Assembly (NCBI GenBank): GCA_937944855.1
Contig: CALFAY010000047.1
Location: forward strand, 34,367-98,366
Length of the DNA stretch: 64,000 nucleotides
Direction of reading: 5' to 3'
Source: an uncultured Planctomycetota bacterium
GTDB lineage: Bacteria; Planctomycetota; Planctomycetia; Gemmatales; HRBIN36
Part shown: piece by piece, positions 1 through 7,854 of the stretch
Layout of the letters: every line of letters begins with the position of its first letter
Position numbering within the stretch: the stretch's first letter is position 1
Program-made: the position numbers and the translations under genes
Notes under the pieces: generated by a model
Database searches by the model: none
Seen by the model: only the letters and a program-made list of their open reading frames with translations
What the model was told of the DNA's origin: nothing

Positions 1-234
1 CGCCAGGCACAGGTTCCAATTCTCCGCCATGCCGAGATTTGTGGGGTTGCGATGCAAGACAAAGCGAGAATCGTTCAACGACTCGACGACATCCGCCGCC
101 GAGCCATCCAAGCTGTCATCGCACACCAGCGCCGTCCAGTTGGCCTGTTCCTGAGCCTGCACGCTGCGGAGGCACTTCAACAATAAATCGGGCCGGTTGT
201 AATAGGGCACGGCCAATGTCAAGGTGGTCATGAT

Positions 235-712
235 CTGACCCATCGCCAGTTTTGCGTCAAGTGCTAAAAACGGACGGTTCCCTGCCAAACGTCTTTCGGT
301 ACAGGGGTTACACGAACCAGCCCAGGACGAACCATGCACAATGGAACCTTCATGGATCGCATGAAAGCGATGGCTAGGCTTTCTGTAGAGTCTGTGCTTT
401 GTCTTACGCCGAAGCCAGAGCAAACCCTTGTCCGCCCCGGCGGTGGCTGCACGAGGCGTGGTACGCGTCAGCCTCGCCGAGATTGACCGCCGCCTCGGGA
501 GCATCACCACGCATCACATCAGACGCCTGGACCGCTTCCTGGGCAATTCCCGCATCCTGATCAGCGAAGCCGTGAAGAGCCTGTGGCGCAAGCTGCGGGA
601 CGAGGACTACCGCAAAAACGACTCTCTGCGGCAAAAGAAATCTCCCCCCGCAAGCCTTGCCCGCCCCGTGTTTTGCTCTACAAGTGGTTTTCCCGAACTG
701 GGGATGAGTCAG
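235..712 (+). mobile_element. Internally deleted IS4-family (IS10-like) insertion sequence remnant, about 478 bp
   Basis: Terminal inverted repeats CTGACCCATCGCCAGTT (235-251) and AACTGGGGATGAGTCAG (696-712) match at 15/17 positions and resemble IS10-type ends (CTGA...CCCC). TGAT flanks both sides (231-234, 713-716). A transposase fragment lies inside. Confidence 0.75.
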
Positions 713-715
713 TGA
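352..715 (+). pseudogene. IS4-family transposase N-terminal fragment (frameshifted, truncated)
   Basis: Translation LRRSQSKPLSAPAVAARGVVRVSLAEIDRRLGSITTHHIRRLDRFLGNSRI resembles the IS10 transposase N-terminus (TLTLTELGRNL...KHNIKRIDRLLGNRHL). ATG at 352 is in a different frame, there is an in-frame TAG at 386-388, and no DDE domain follows. Confidence 0.7.
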
Positions 716-724
716 TTCCGCCTC

Positions 725-752
725 TTGCAGGGGTGGACCAGCGGCTTATAAT
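725..752 (+). promoter_or_regulatory. Sigma70-like promoter for tRNA-Gly/tig
   Basis: TTGCAG-16 nt-TATAAT, ending 12 nt before the tRNA. Confidence 0.55.
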
Positions 753-764
753 ACAAGATGCCAT

Positions 765-836
765 GCGGGTGTAGCTCAGCGGTAGAGCGCCACGTTGCCA
801 ACGTGGTTGTCGTGGGTTCGATCCCCATCACCCGCT
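765..836 (+). tRNA. tRNA-Gly (anticodon GCC), CCA not encoded
   Basis: Acceptor stem GCGGGTG/CACCCGC, D-arm GCTCAGCGGTAGAGC, anticodon arm CCACG-TTGCCAA-CGTGG, T-loop GGTTCGATCCC. Confidence 0.97.
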
Positions 837-914
837 TTTGCTCCGGGCCGAGAAGGTCAAGCCTGAGCTTGGCTGTCTCGGCCTTCTTTCTTGGCAGTCC
901 AGGGAGGAGCCACC

Positions 915-2453
915 ATGCCAGAGCGGCCGTTGTCCGAAGGCCAGAAGGAGAGCGAATCGGCCCAGGGAGAAACCGGCGTGGCTGAAATTGCGGACCAGTC
1001 CGCTGCCGCGGAGGCCGAACTCAAACCTCGACGTCTCAACATGACCGTCGAAGTCCGCGACGTCGGCCCGTGCCGCAAGCATGTCCGCGTCTGCATCGAC
1101 CGCAGCGACGTGGACCAGCGCCTCAACGAAAAGATCAGCGAACTGGTCCGCGACGCCTTTGTGCCCGGGTATCGCCCTGGCAAAGCCCCCCGCAAACTGG
1201 TCGAGAAACGCTATGCCAAGGAAGTCGCCGATCAGGTCAAGGGCGAACTTCTGCTGCAAAGCCTCGAGCAATTGACCGACGATAAGCGGATCAACCCGAT
1301 CGCCCAGCCGGACTTCGATCCCCTGGCCGTCGAACTGCCCAAGGAAGGCCCGCTGGTCTATGAGTTCGATGTCGAGGTCGCCCCCGAATTTGAACTGCCG
1401 GAATACAAGGGGCTTAAGATCAAGCGGCCCGTTCGCCGCATTACCGAAGCGGACGTAGATCGTTTCCTGAGCGACTTCCTGCGCCGCAACGGTCAGGCGG
1501 TGGACAAAAACGCTCCAGCAGCCCTGGGGGACGTCATCGTGGCCGACATCACCTTCTCCCACCAGGGCAAGGAGATCAATCGCTCCACCGGCGTGGCCAT
1601 CCGGATCGACCCGCAGCTGGCCTTCAAGGACGGCATCATCCGCGACTTCGGGGAGAAAATCACCGGCGTGCAGGCGGGTGAGTCCCGCATCCTCGACCTC
1701 GTCCTGGCCCAGACGCTCAGCGACCCGGACCTGCGCGGCCAGACCATCGAGGCCCGCTTCGACGTCCGCGCCGTGAAAGCGATCCAGCCCGCCGAACCGA
1801 CGCCGGAATTTCTCCGCCAATTCGGCATGGAGTCGCTGGAAGATCTGCGAGCGTACCTGCGACGCTTCAGGGAACGGGAGGTCGAATTGCAACAACGCAA
1901 GCTGGCCCGTCAACAGGTCACGGATTACCTGGCCCGCACGGCTCAATGGGACTTGCCGCCCAGCCTGGTGGCTCGCCAGGCCCGCCGCACCTTGCAAAAG
2001 ATGGTGCTCGAACTGCAATCCGCCGGCGTCAGCGACGACGAGATTCGCAATCGTCTGGTCATCCTGCAACAGAACGCCATCCAGGAGACCGAGCGGGCCT
2101 TGAAAGAACAGTTCGTCCTTCAGAAGATCGCCGAGGTCGAGAAAATCGAAGTCACCGACGACGACGTGGCCGAGGAGATCGACCGCATCGCCGAACAGAC
2201 CGGCGAAACGCCGCGACGGGTGCGGGCGCGGATCGAGAAGGACGACCTCATGGAATCGCTCATGGGACAGATCCTGGAACGCAAGGCCCTCGATCTGGTG
2301 CTGGCCCATGCCGAATACGAGGACGTGGAATACCAGCCCGAACAACAGCCGGAGGTGATCGAGGAGCAGGCGGTGCCGGGAGCAACTGTGGAGTTGCCCG
2401 AGACACCCGAAGAGGAAGAGGCTTCCAGCTCCGAAGAAACCGCATCGAACTGA
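915..2453 (+). CDS. tig: Trigger factor
   Basis: Ribosome-binding motif VPGYRPGKAP, FKBP-like middle region, C-terminal LQKIAEVEKIEVTDDDV. GGAGG SD before ATG 915. Lies upstream of clpP. Confidence 0.95.
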   Translation: MPERPLSEGQKESESAQGETGVAEIADQSAAAEAELKPRRLNMTVEVRDVGPCRKHVRVCIDRSDVDQRLNEKISELVRDAFVPGYRPGKAPRKLVEKRYAKEVADQVKGELLLQSLEQLTDDKRINPIAQPDFDPLAVELPKEGPLVYEFDVEVAPEFELPEYKGLKIKRPVRRITEADVDRFLSDFLRRNGQAVDKNAPAALGDVIVADITFSHQGKEINRSTGVAIRIDPQLAFKDGIIRDFGEKITGVQAGESRILDLVLAQTLSDPDLRGQTIEARFDVRAVKAIQPAEPTPEFLRQFGMESLEDLRAYLRRFREREVELQQRKLARQQVTDYLARTAQWDLPPSLVARQARRTLQKMVLELQSAGVSDDEIRNRLVILQQNAIQETERALKEQFVLQKIAEVEKIEVTDDDVAEEIDRIAEQTGETPRRVRARIEKDDLMESLMGQILERKALDLVLAHAEYEDVEYQPEQQPEVIEEQAVPGATVELPETPEEEEASSSEETASN

Positions 2454-2483
2454 TCCCGCCTCACCGCAGGCGGATGACGAGGA

Positions 2484-3125
2484 ATGTTTATGGACATGAT
2501 TATAGGCTCCGACTTTCTGCCCGGCTATCTGCCGCCCCGAGTGCAGCGCTACCGGGACTACATGCGGCAACGCCAGATGACCTTGGGCGATGTGCTGCTG
2601 GAAAACCGCATCGTCTTCCTGGCAGGCCCGATCCACGACGGCAACGCCATCGAAGTCGTGATGAAGCTGTTGTACCTTCAGTACGAGAACCGCACGCAGG
2701 AGGTGCATTTCTACATCAGCAGCCCAGGCGGATCGGTGACGGCGACCCTGTCGATGTACGACACGATGCAGTTCCTCGAATGTCCGGTGGCGACGTACTG
2801 CATCGGCATGGCCGCCAGCGGCGGAGCGATCCTGCTGGCCGGCGGGACCAAGGGCAAGCGTTACGCTCTGCCCCATTCGAAGATCATGATCCACCAGCCC
2901 TGGGGCCAGGTGGGCGGGCAGGTCTCCGACATCGAGATCCAGGCCCAGGAGATCATCAAGGAACGCGAACGACTCAACCAGATCCTTGCTCTGCACACCG
3001 GGCGGCCCGTCGAGGAGCTCGCCCGGGAGACGGAGCGCGACCGCTGGTTCACGGCGCAAGAGGCCAAGGCTTATGGTCTGGTGGACGAGGTGTTGACCAA
3101 GCCGAGTAGCGGCAAGACCAGATAG
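2484..3125 (+). CDS. clpP: ATP-dependent Clp protease proteolytic subunit (first paralog)
   Basis: SPGGSV, AASGG (Ser), MIHQP (His), ERDRW, GLVDEV. Start could also be 2490 or 2496. Confidence 0.93.
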   Translation: MFMDMIIGSDFLPGYLPPRVQRYRDYMRQRQMTLGDVLLENRIVFLAGPIHDGNAIEVVMKLLYLQYENRTQEVHFYISSPGGSVTATLSMYDTMQFLECPVATYCIGMAASGGAILLAGGTKGKRYALPHSKIMIHQPWGQVGGQVSDIEIQAQEIIKERERLNQILALHTGRPVEELARETERDRWFTAQEAKAYGLVDEVLTKPSSGKTR

Positions 3126-3277
3126 GCAAATGGGGCAGGTTCGGCCGGTTTTGCCCACGGCCTCCAGTTTCGCAATTCCCGCGGAATTACCGACGGTTCG
3201 CGGGCTTCCCTTTGCAGATGCAGACGCCGAGTTGCCGACAATGAGGGTAGCTCGGTGTCTTCGCAGGAGAACACACC

Positions 3278-3895
3278 ATGACGCTGGTTCCTTTTGTCAT
3301 CGAGCGGAGCGGTCGTGAAGAGCGGGCGATGGACATCTACAGCCGGCTCCTCAAGGACCGCATCGTGTTTTTGCAGGGACCGATTGACGACACCATGGGG
3401 AATCTGATCATCGCCCAGATGCTTTACTTGCAGTTTGAGGATCCCAAGGCGGACATCCATTTGTACATCAATTCCCCTGGCGGGTCGGTGACGGCGGGGC
3501 TGGGCATTTACGACACCATGCAGTACGTCACCTGCCCGGTGGCGACGTACTGCATCGGCCAGGCGGCGAGCATGGCCGCGGTGCTCCTGGCCGCGGGGAC
3601 CAAGGGCAAACGCAACTGCCTGCCCAACGCCCGAGTCATGATCCATCAGCCGATGGCCGGCAGCGAAGGCACCGCTACCGAGATCCTGATCCACGCCAAG
3701 GAGTTTCTGCGGCTCAAACGGGTGCTCAACAACATTCTTCTGAAACACACCGGGCAATCTCTGGAGAAGGTGGAGCGCGACACTGACCGCGATAAGTTCA
3801 TGTCCGCCGAGGAGGCCCGCGATTACGGGCTGGTGGATCACGTCCTGGAACGGGTGCAGCATCTGCCCGCGCCCCGGCCCGACGTGATTCAGTGA
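3278..3895 (+). CDS. clpP: ATP-dependent Clp protease proteolytic subunit (second paralog)
   Basis: LVPFVIE...[43 protein letters not shown]. Confidence 0.96.
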   Translation: MTLVPFVIERSGREERAMDIYSRLLKDRIVFLQGPIDDTMGNLIIAQMLYLQFEDPKADIHLYINSPGGSVTAGLGIYDTMQYVTCPVATYCIGQAASMAAVLLAAGTKGKRNCLPNARVMIHQPMAGSEGTATEILIHAKEFLRLKRVLNNILLKHTGQSLEKVERDTDRDKFMSAEEARDYGLVDHVLERVQHLPAPRPDVIQ

Positions 3896-3929
3896 CTTCT
3901 CGGCGGCGACGCAGTACAGCGAGGCGAGC

Positions 3930-4934
3930 ATGGATGCGATCCTCTGCCAGCGTCTCCGCGGCATGTTCCGCGGATTCCATGCGCCGGGATGCGTCCTGGT
4001 TTCCCTGCTGCTCAGCCTTTCGCCCGGTTGCCGGTCCAACTGCGAACTCGTCGAAGCTGAACTGCGAGCCAAGGAAAGCCAACTCGCTGAGATTCGCCGC
4101 GAACTCGACCAGCGTGACGCCCTGGTCCAGGCCCTGGAACACGAAGTCGCCCGGCTTCAACAGCTGGCCTGTGGTGCTCCGCCGGGAACGGTGCCGGGCG
4201 CAAGTGCCGTCCCATTCGTGAAGGAGATTCGCCTCGGTCGGCTGACCGGCGGCTACGACGAGGATCCCGTCCTGCCCGGCGACGAAGCCTTGCAAGTCAT
4301 CCTTGAACCGCTCGACGGCGACGGACAGAGCGTCAAGGCCCCCGGCTCGTTGCGCCTGGAAGTCTTCGAGGTCACACCGCAAGGAATCAAAGTGCCGTTG
4401 TCGTGGTGGGACTTCTCCCCGGCGGAGTTGCGGCGGAAGTGGGAAACGCCCTGGTTGGGCAATCCGTCCTACCGCATCACTGTGCCCTGGAAAAGCTGGC
4501 CGATGCACGAAAAGCTGCGGGTCGTGGCCCGCTTCACGACCCTGGACGGCCAGCACTTCGAGGCGGATAAGGATGTCACGGTGCGTCTGGCAGCCCAACC
4601 GGCGATGCGGGAGCGGATCGCACCTTCGCCGGACGCCTGCCCGCTCCCGCCGGGTCCGCACTTGGAGCCGCCGATGCTGCCCCCCCCGATGCCGGTCGAT
4701 CCGCCTCTCTCCCAGCCGTCTCCGGGGCCGATGCCGCCGCCGACCGAGCCGCCTCTACCGCCGTGGACTTCTGGCCCGGCTTTCGAGCGGCCCAGCGAAG
4801 TCGCTCCCGCCGAGTACGTTCGTCCTTCCTCTCCGACGTCCCAGCCTGCCTCCGTGCCGAGGTCCCGTCCGCCCACGCTTCCGCCCGTCAAACTGGATCG
4901 CCCCGTGAAGGCCAATTGGAAGCCCGTGCCGTGA
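3930..4934 (+). CDS. Hypothetical lipoprotein with coiled coil, beta-rich domain and Pro-rich tail
   Basis: Lipobox-like LLLSLSPGC, heptad segment ELRAKESQLAEIRRELDQ, Pro-rich C-terminus, coding-like codon usage. Confidence 0.7.
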   Translation: MDAILCQRLRGMFRGFHAPGCVLVSLLLSLSPGCRSNCELVEAELRAKESQLAEIRRELDQRDALVQALEHEVARLQQLACGAPPGTVPGASAVPFVKEIRLGRLTGGYDEDPVLPGDEALQVILEPLDGDGQSVKAPGSLRLEVFEVTPQGIKVPLSWWDFSPAELRRKWETPWLGNPSYRITVPWKSWPMHEKLRVVARFTTLDGQHFEADKDVTVRLAAQPAMRERIAPSPDACPLPPGPHLEPPMLPPPMPVDPPLSQPSPGPMPPPTEPPLPPWTSGPAFERPSEVAPAEYVRPSSPTSQPASVPRSRPPTLPPVKLDRPVKANWKPVP

Positions 4935-4954
4935 CCCAGGAAGCGTCCTCCGCC

Positions 4955-4983
4955 TTGACCCCATTTCCCGAAGCGGCTATTTT
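4955..4983 (+). promoter_or_regulatory. Sigma70-like promoter
   Basis: TTGACC-17 nt-TATTTT upstream of 5029; AAGGAGG SD follows. Confidence 0.4.
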
Positions 4984-5028
4984 CTGCCCCCTGCCGTCGG
5001 GTTCGAGTCGGGCAAGGAGGTCGCAAGC

Positions 5029-6351
5029 ATGCGTGGGAAGTTGATCGGAGCGGCCCTGGTCGTTGTTATTGGCGTCGGGTCGCTATCATGGGCCGCCGAC
5101 GGCGTCAGCCTGACCGAAGCCGTCCGCAAAGACGAACAGTTTCGGCTTCAGATCGACATGAAGCTCAAAGGCCATCTGGCGATCCGCAGCGGTGACAAGA
5201 CCACGAATCTGCCGCTGAAGGCCGAGGCCCGCCATGACTTTGTAGAACGGATTCTGGACGTGGATGCCGCCCATCGGCCAGTGCGGGTGGCCCGGAAATA
5301 CGCCACCGCTCGGGCGGTGATCAGTGTGCATGGCGTGCCCCGGTCTCGGGAACTCCGGCCGGAGCTGCGACTGCAAGTGGTGCAGCACATAAAAGACCGC
5401 ACAGTGGCTTACTCTCCGCACGGCCCCTTGACCCGGGAGGAAGAGGAGCTGATCGGCCAGCATTTCAACACACTGGCTCTGTCGCAAGTCTTCCCGGTCG
5501 AAAAGCTCAAGGTCGGCGAATCCTGGCCCGTGCCTCCCCTGGCCGTGCAGGGCCTGTGCGTTCTCGACGCCCTGGTTTCGCAGGAGGTCCAAGGCCAGTT
5601 GGAGCGGGTTGGAGACGATCTGGCCACGATCCGCATCGCCGGTACCGTCGAGGGTATCAGCAGCGGGGCGGAGGTGCGTCTGGAAGTGACGGCCACCGTC
5701 TCCTTCGATCTCCGCCACAACCGCTGGCACGCCGTCGAATGGCATCAAAAGGAGCAACGCAATCCCGGCCCGGTCAGCCCGGCTTCGAAGACTGAGACAA
5801 CCCTTCAGGTCCGCCGCAACTTTGTGGAGAATTCCGCCGAGCTGAGTGACGAAATCGTTGCTGGTCTTCCCGCCGTGCCGGACGAGGCGTCCCTGCGCCT
5901 GCTCTTTCGCGATCCCAAGGGACGCTGGGAGTTCCTCTACGACCGAAACTGGCATGTGGTGACGCAGACCGATCAGTATGCCGTCCTGCGCCTGATCGAG
6001 GACGGCGAGCTGCTTGGGCAGTTGAACATCACCTTCCTACCGAAGGCTCGGCGCGGCGAGCACCTCAGCATCGAACAAGTGCAGAAACTGGTGCGGGAGG
6101 CACCGGGCTTCCGCGTCGAGCAGGTACTTCAAGCGGGCGAAATTCCCGCTGACAAGGGTTGCTGGATTTACCGCCTCTCGGTGGCGGGTCGGGCGGATGA
6201 TCTGCCCATCGTGCAGAACGTGTATGCTGTCGCGGGTCCGGAAGGCGATCAGGTTTTGATGGCCTTCACCACGGAGGTCAGCCAGGTCGAACGGTTCGGT
6301 GTGCGGGACTTGGCCCTGGTGGGGTCTTTGACGTTCCGACCAACGAAGTGA
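5029..6351 (+). CDS. Secreted hypothetical protein
   Basis: Signal peptide (MRGKLIGAALVVVIGVGSLSWAA), strong SD AAGGAGG, 440 aa ORF. Confidence 0.8.
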   Translation: MRGKLIGAALVVVIGVGSLSWAADGVSLTEAVRKDEQFRLQIDMKLKGHLAIRSGDKTTNLPLKAEARHDFVERILDVDAAHRPVRVARKYATARAVISVHGVPRSRELRPELRLQVVQHIKDRTVAYSPHGPLTREEEELIGQHFNTLALSQVFPVEKLKVGESWPVPPLAVQGLCVLDALVSQEVQGQLERVGDDLATIRIAGTVEGISSGAEVRLEVTATVSFDLRHNRWHAVEWHQKEQRNPGPVSPASKTETTLQVRRNFVENSAELSDEIVAGLPAVPDEASLRLLFRDPKGRWEFLYDRNWHVVTQTDQYAVLRLIEDGELLGQLNITFLPKARRGEHLSIEQVQKLVREAPGFRVEQVLQAGEIPADKGCWIYRLSVAGRADDLPIVQNVYAVAGPEGDQVLMAFTTEVSQVERFGVRDLALVGSLTFRPTK

Positions 6352-6353
6352 CC

Positions 6354-6390
6354 CTGTACGGCGCGGACTGCATTGCTATCATGACTGTTC
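6354..6390 (+). promoter_or_regulatory. Extended -10 promoter of rplC
   Basis: TG-C-TATCAT (6374-6382) followed by GACTGTTC; the same motif follows the -10 at 11473. Confidence 0.45.
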
Positions 6391-6430
6391 CGAACATTGC
6401 CATTCAGCCCGCAGACAGGAGTAAGGGGCC

Positions 6431-7186
6431 ATGCCGCTGGGATTGTTGGGTCGCAAGGTCGGAATGACGGAGGTTTTCGGCGAAAACGGCGAAGCCATTC
6501 CGGTGACGGTGTTGCAAGTCGGGCCATGCACGGTCTTGCAAATCCGCAACCAGGAGAAAGACGGCTACGACGCCGTGCAACTGGGCTATCTGGATAAGCC
6601 GCGACGCAAGGCGACCCGTCCCGAGACCGGACACGTGGTCCGGCTCGATTCGAAGCGAACCCGTGCCCGGCTGGCCGCCGGCGAGACCCTGCCTCCCAAA
6701 GCCAATTGCGAACCGAAACGCTACATCCGCGAGTTCCGGCTGAAGGAACCAGCGACGCAAAAGGTTGGCGACACGCTGACGGTGGAGTTGTTCGAGCAGG
6801 TCAAAAGCGTGGACGTGGTCGGCTGGACCAAGGGGCGAGGCCGGGCCGGCGTCATGAAGCGCTGGGGTTTTGCCGGCCTGGGAGCCAGCCACGGCGTCAA
6901 GAAACACCACCGCGCCCCAGGCAGTCTGGGCGGCCATGCCACGGACCGCGGCAACAGCGGCAAGATCAAGAAGGGCAAGCGGATGGGCGGGCACTACGGC
7001 AATGAACGGGTGACGGTCAAGAACCTCCAGGTCGTCGGCATCGACAAGGACGCCCATCTGCTCCTGGTCCGCGGCGCAGTCCCCGGTTACAACACCGGCC
7101 TGGTTATGGTCACGCCGACCAAGAAAGTCCGCAAAATCCCCAAGGCTCCGCCAACCCCTCCCAAGAAGAAAGCCGCGGCCAAATGA
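6431..7186 (+). CDS. rplC: 50S ribosomal protein L3 (stand-alone)
   Basis: GLLGRKVGMT, PVTV, DGYDAVQLG, TKGRGRAGVMKRWGF, SHG...HRAPGS, KGKRMGGHYG, LLVRGAVPG. Confidence 0.97.
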   Translation: MPLGLLGRKVGMTEVFGENGEAIPVTVLQVGPCTVLQIRNQEKDGYDAVQLGYLDKPRRKATRPETGHVVRLDSKRTRARLAAGETLPPKANCEPKRYIREFRLKEPATQKVGDTLTVELFEQVKSVDVVGWTKGRGRAGVMKRWGFAGLGASHGVKKHHRAPGSLGGHATDRGNSGKIKKGKRMGGHYGNERVTVKNLQVVGIDKDAHLLLVRGAVPGYNTGLVMVTPTKKVRKIPKAPPTPPKKKAAAK

Positions 7187-7210
7187 CCCCGCGTTCGACG
7201 GCAACCTGGT

Positions 7211-7663
7211 CTAGTTTTCCTTGTCCACCGGGTGCCGCCCGGGATCGTGGGCATAGCACCAGTTCTTGACTTCCGGCTCGCCGGCCCGCCAGAGGAAATA
7301 CGCCCGGCGATTCCTCAGGACGGTGGGGAAAGCCACCTCGCCATGCACGGCATCGACGAGCACCAGGTCGAGCCGCTCCAGTTCGGCGACAGCTTCTTGC
7401 AAGGCGCGGGTTTCCTGGGCGATCTCTTCGGCAATTTCGTAACGGCGAGAACGCTGCGGCCAGTCCAAGGAGCGTTTACGGCGGTCCAGATCGAGTTGCT
7501 CGGCTTCGAGATTGGAGAGCCGGTTCCACCGTGTCTGGATGTCGGCGACGATGTGGCGGACCAGGGGCAGCATCTTCTGCGCCTGTTCCAGACTGATGCC
7601 TCCTGTCAAGACCTTCCGCCGTCCTCCGACGTTGGCCGTATTCCGGTTCCGCGATTTGCTCAT
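7211..7663 (-). CDS. DUF2203 family protein
   Basis: LEQAQKMLPLVRHIV...GEVAFP...YFLWRAGEPEV..W pattern typical of DUF2203. Confidence 0.75.
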   Translation of the reverse strand: MSKSRNRNTANVGGRRKVLTGGISLEQAQKMLPLVRHIVADIQTRWNRLSNLEAEQLDLDRRKRSLDWPQRSRRYEIAEEIAQETRALQEAVAELERLDLVLVDAVHGEVAFPTVLRNRRAYFLWRAGEPEVKNWCYAHDPGRHPVDKEN

Positions 7664-7827
7664 GCCTCTTCCCCTTCCCACAGTTCGGCCGCTGGACTCG
7701 GCCCGTCACTACTATCATACGTCGCAAATCAAGGGCCGTCTTGAAAGGAAACGCCCCAGCCCGACCGAAACGCGACCCCAGTTCCCGGAACGCTAGCACC
7801 AGCTGCCGCAACTGGCAAGATCACTCG

Positions 7828-7843
7828 TGACATACCTATGTCA
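7828..7843. promoter_or_regulatory. Perfect palindrome, candidate transcription-factor operator
   Basis: TGACATA-CC-TATGTCA, AT-rich, intergenic between the nagB stop and the DUF2203 start. Confidence 0.4.
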
Positions 7844-7854
7844 AAATGCCTCGC

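Noticed and set aside
1-30. Possible - strand gene start (MAENWNLCLA...) running off the left edge
   Set aside because: Only 10 codons are visible, too few to support a call
828-3158. Long antisense ORFs (also 23353-25194, 35582-38047, 48821-50845, 53964-56894, 59310-61805 and others)
   Set aside because: They mirror well-supported genes on the opposite strand, are expected from high-GC codon bias, and show no motifs
4620-4900. CCG-rich repetitive DNA
   Set aside because: Explained by the Pro-rich protein tail; no regular repeat unit or spacers, so not CRISPR or a VNTR
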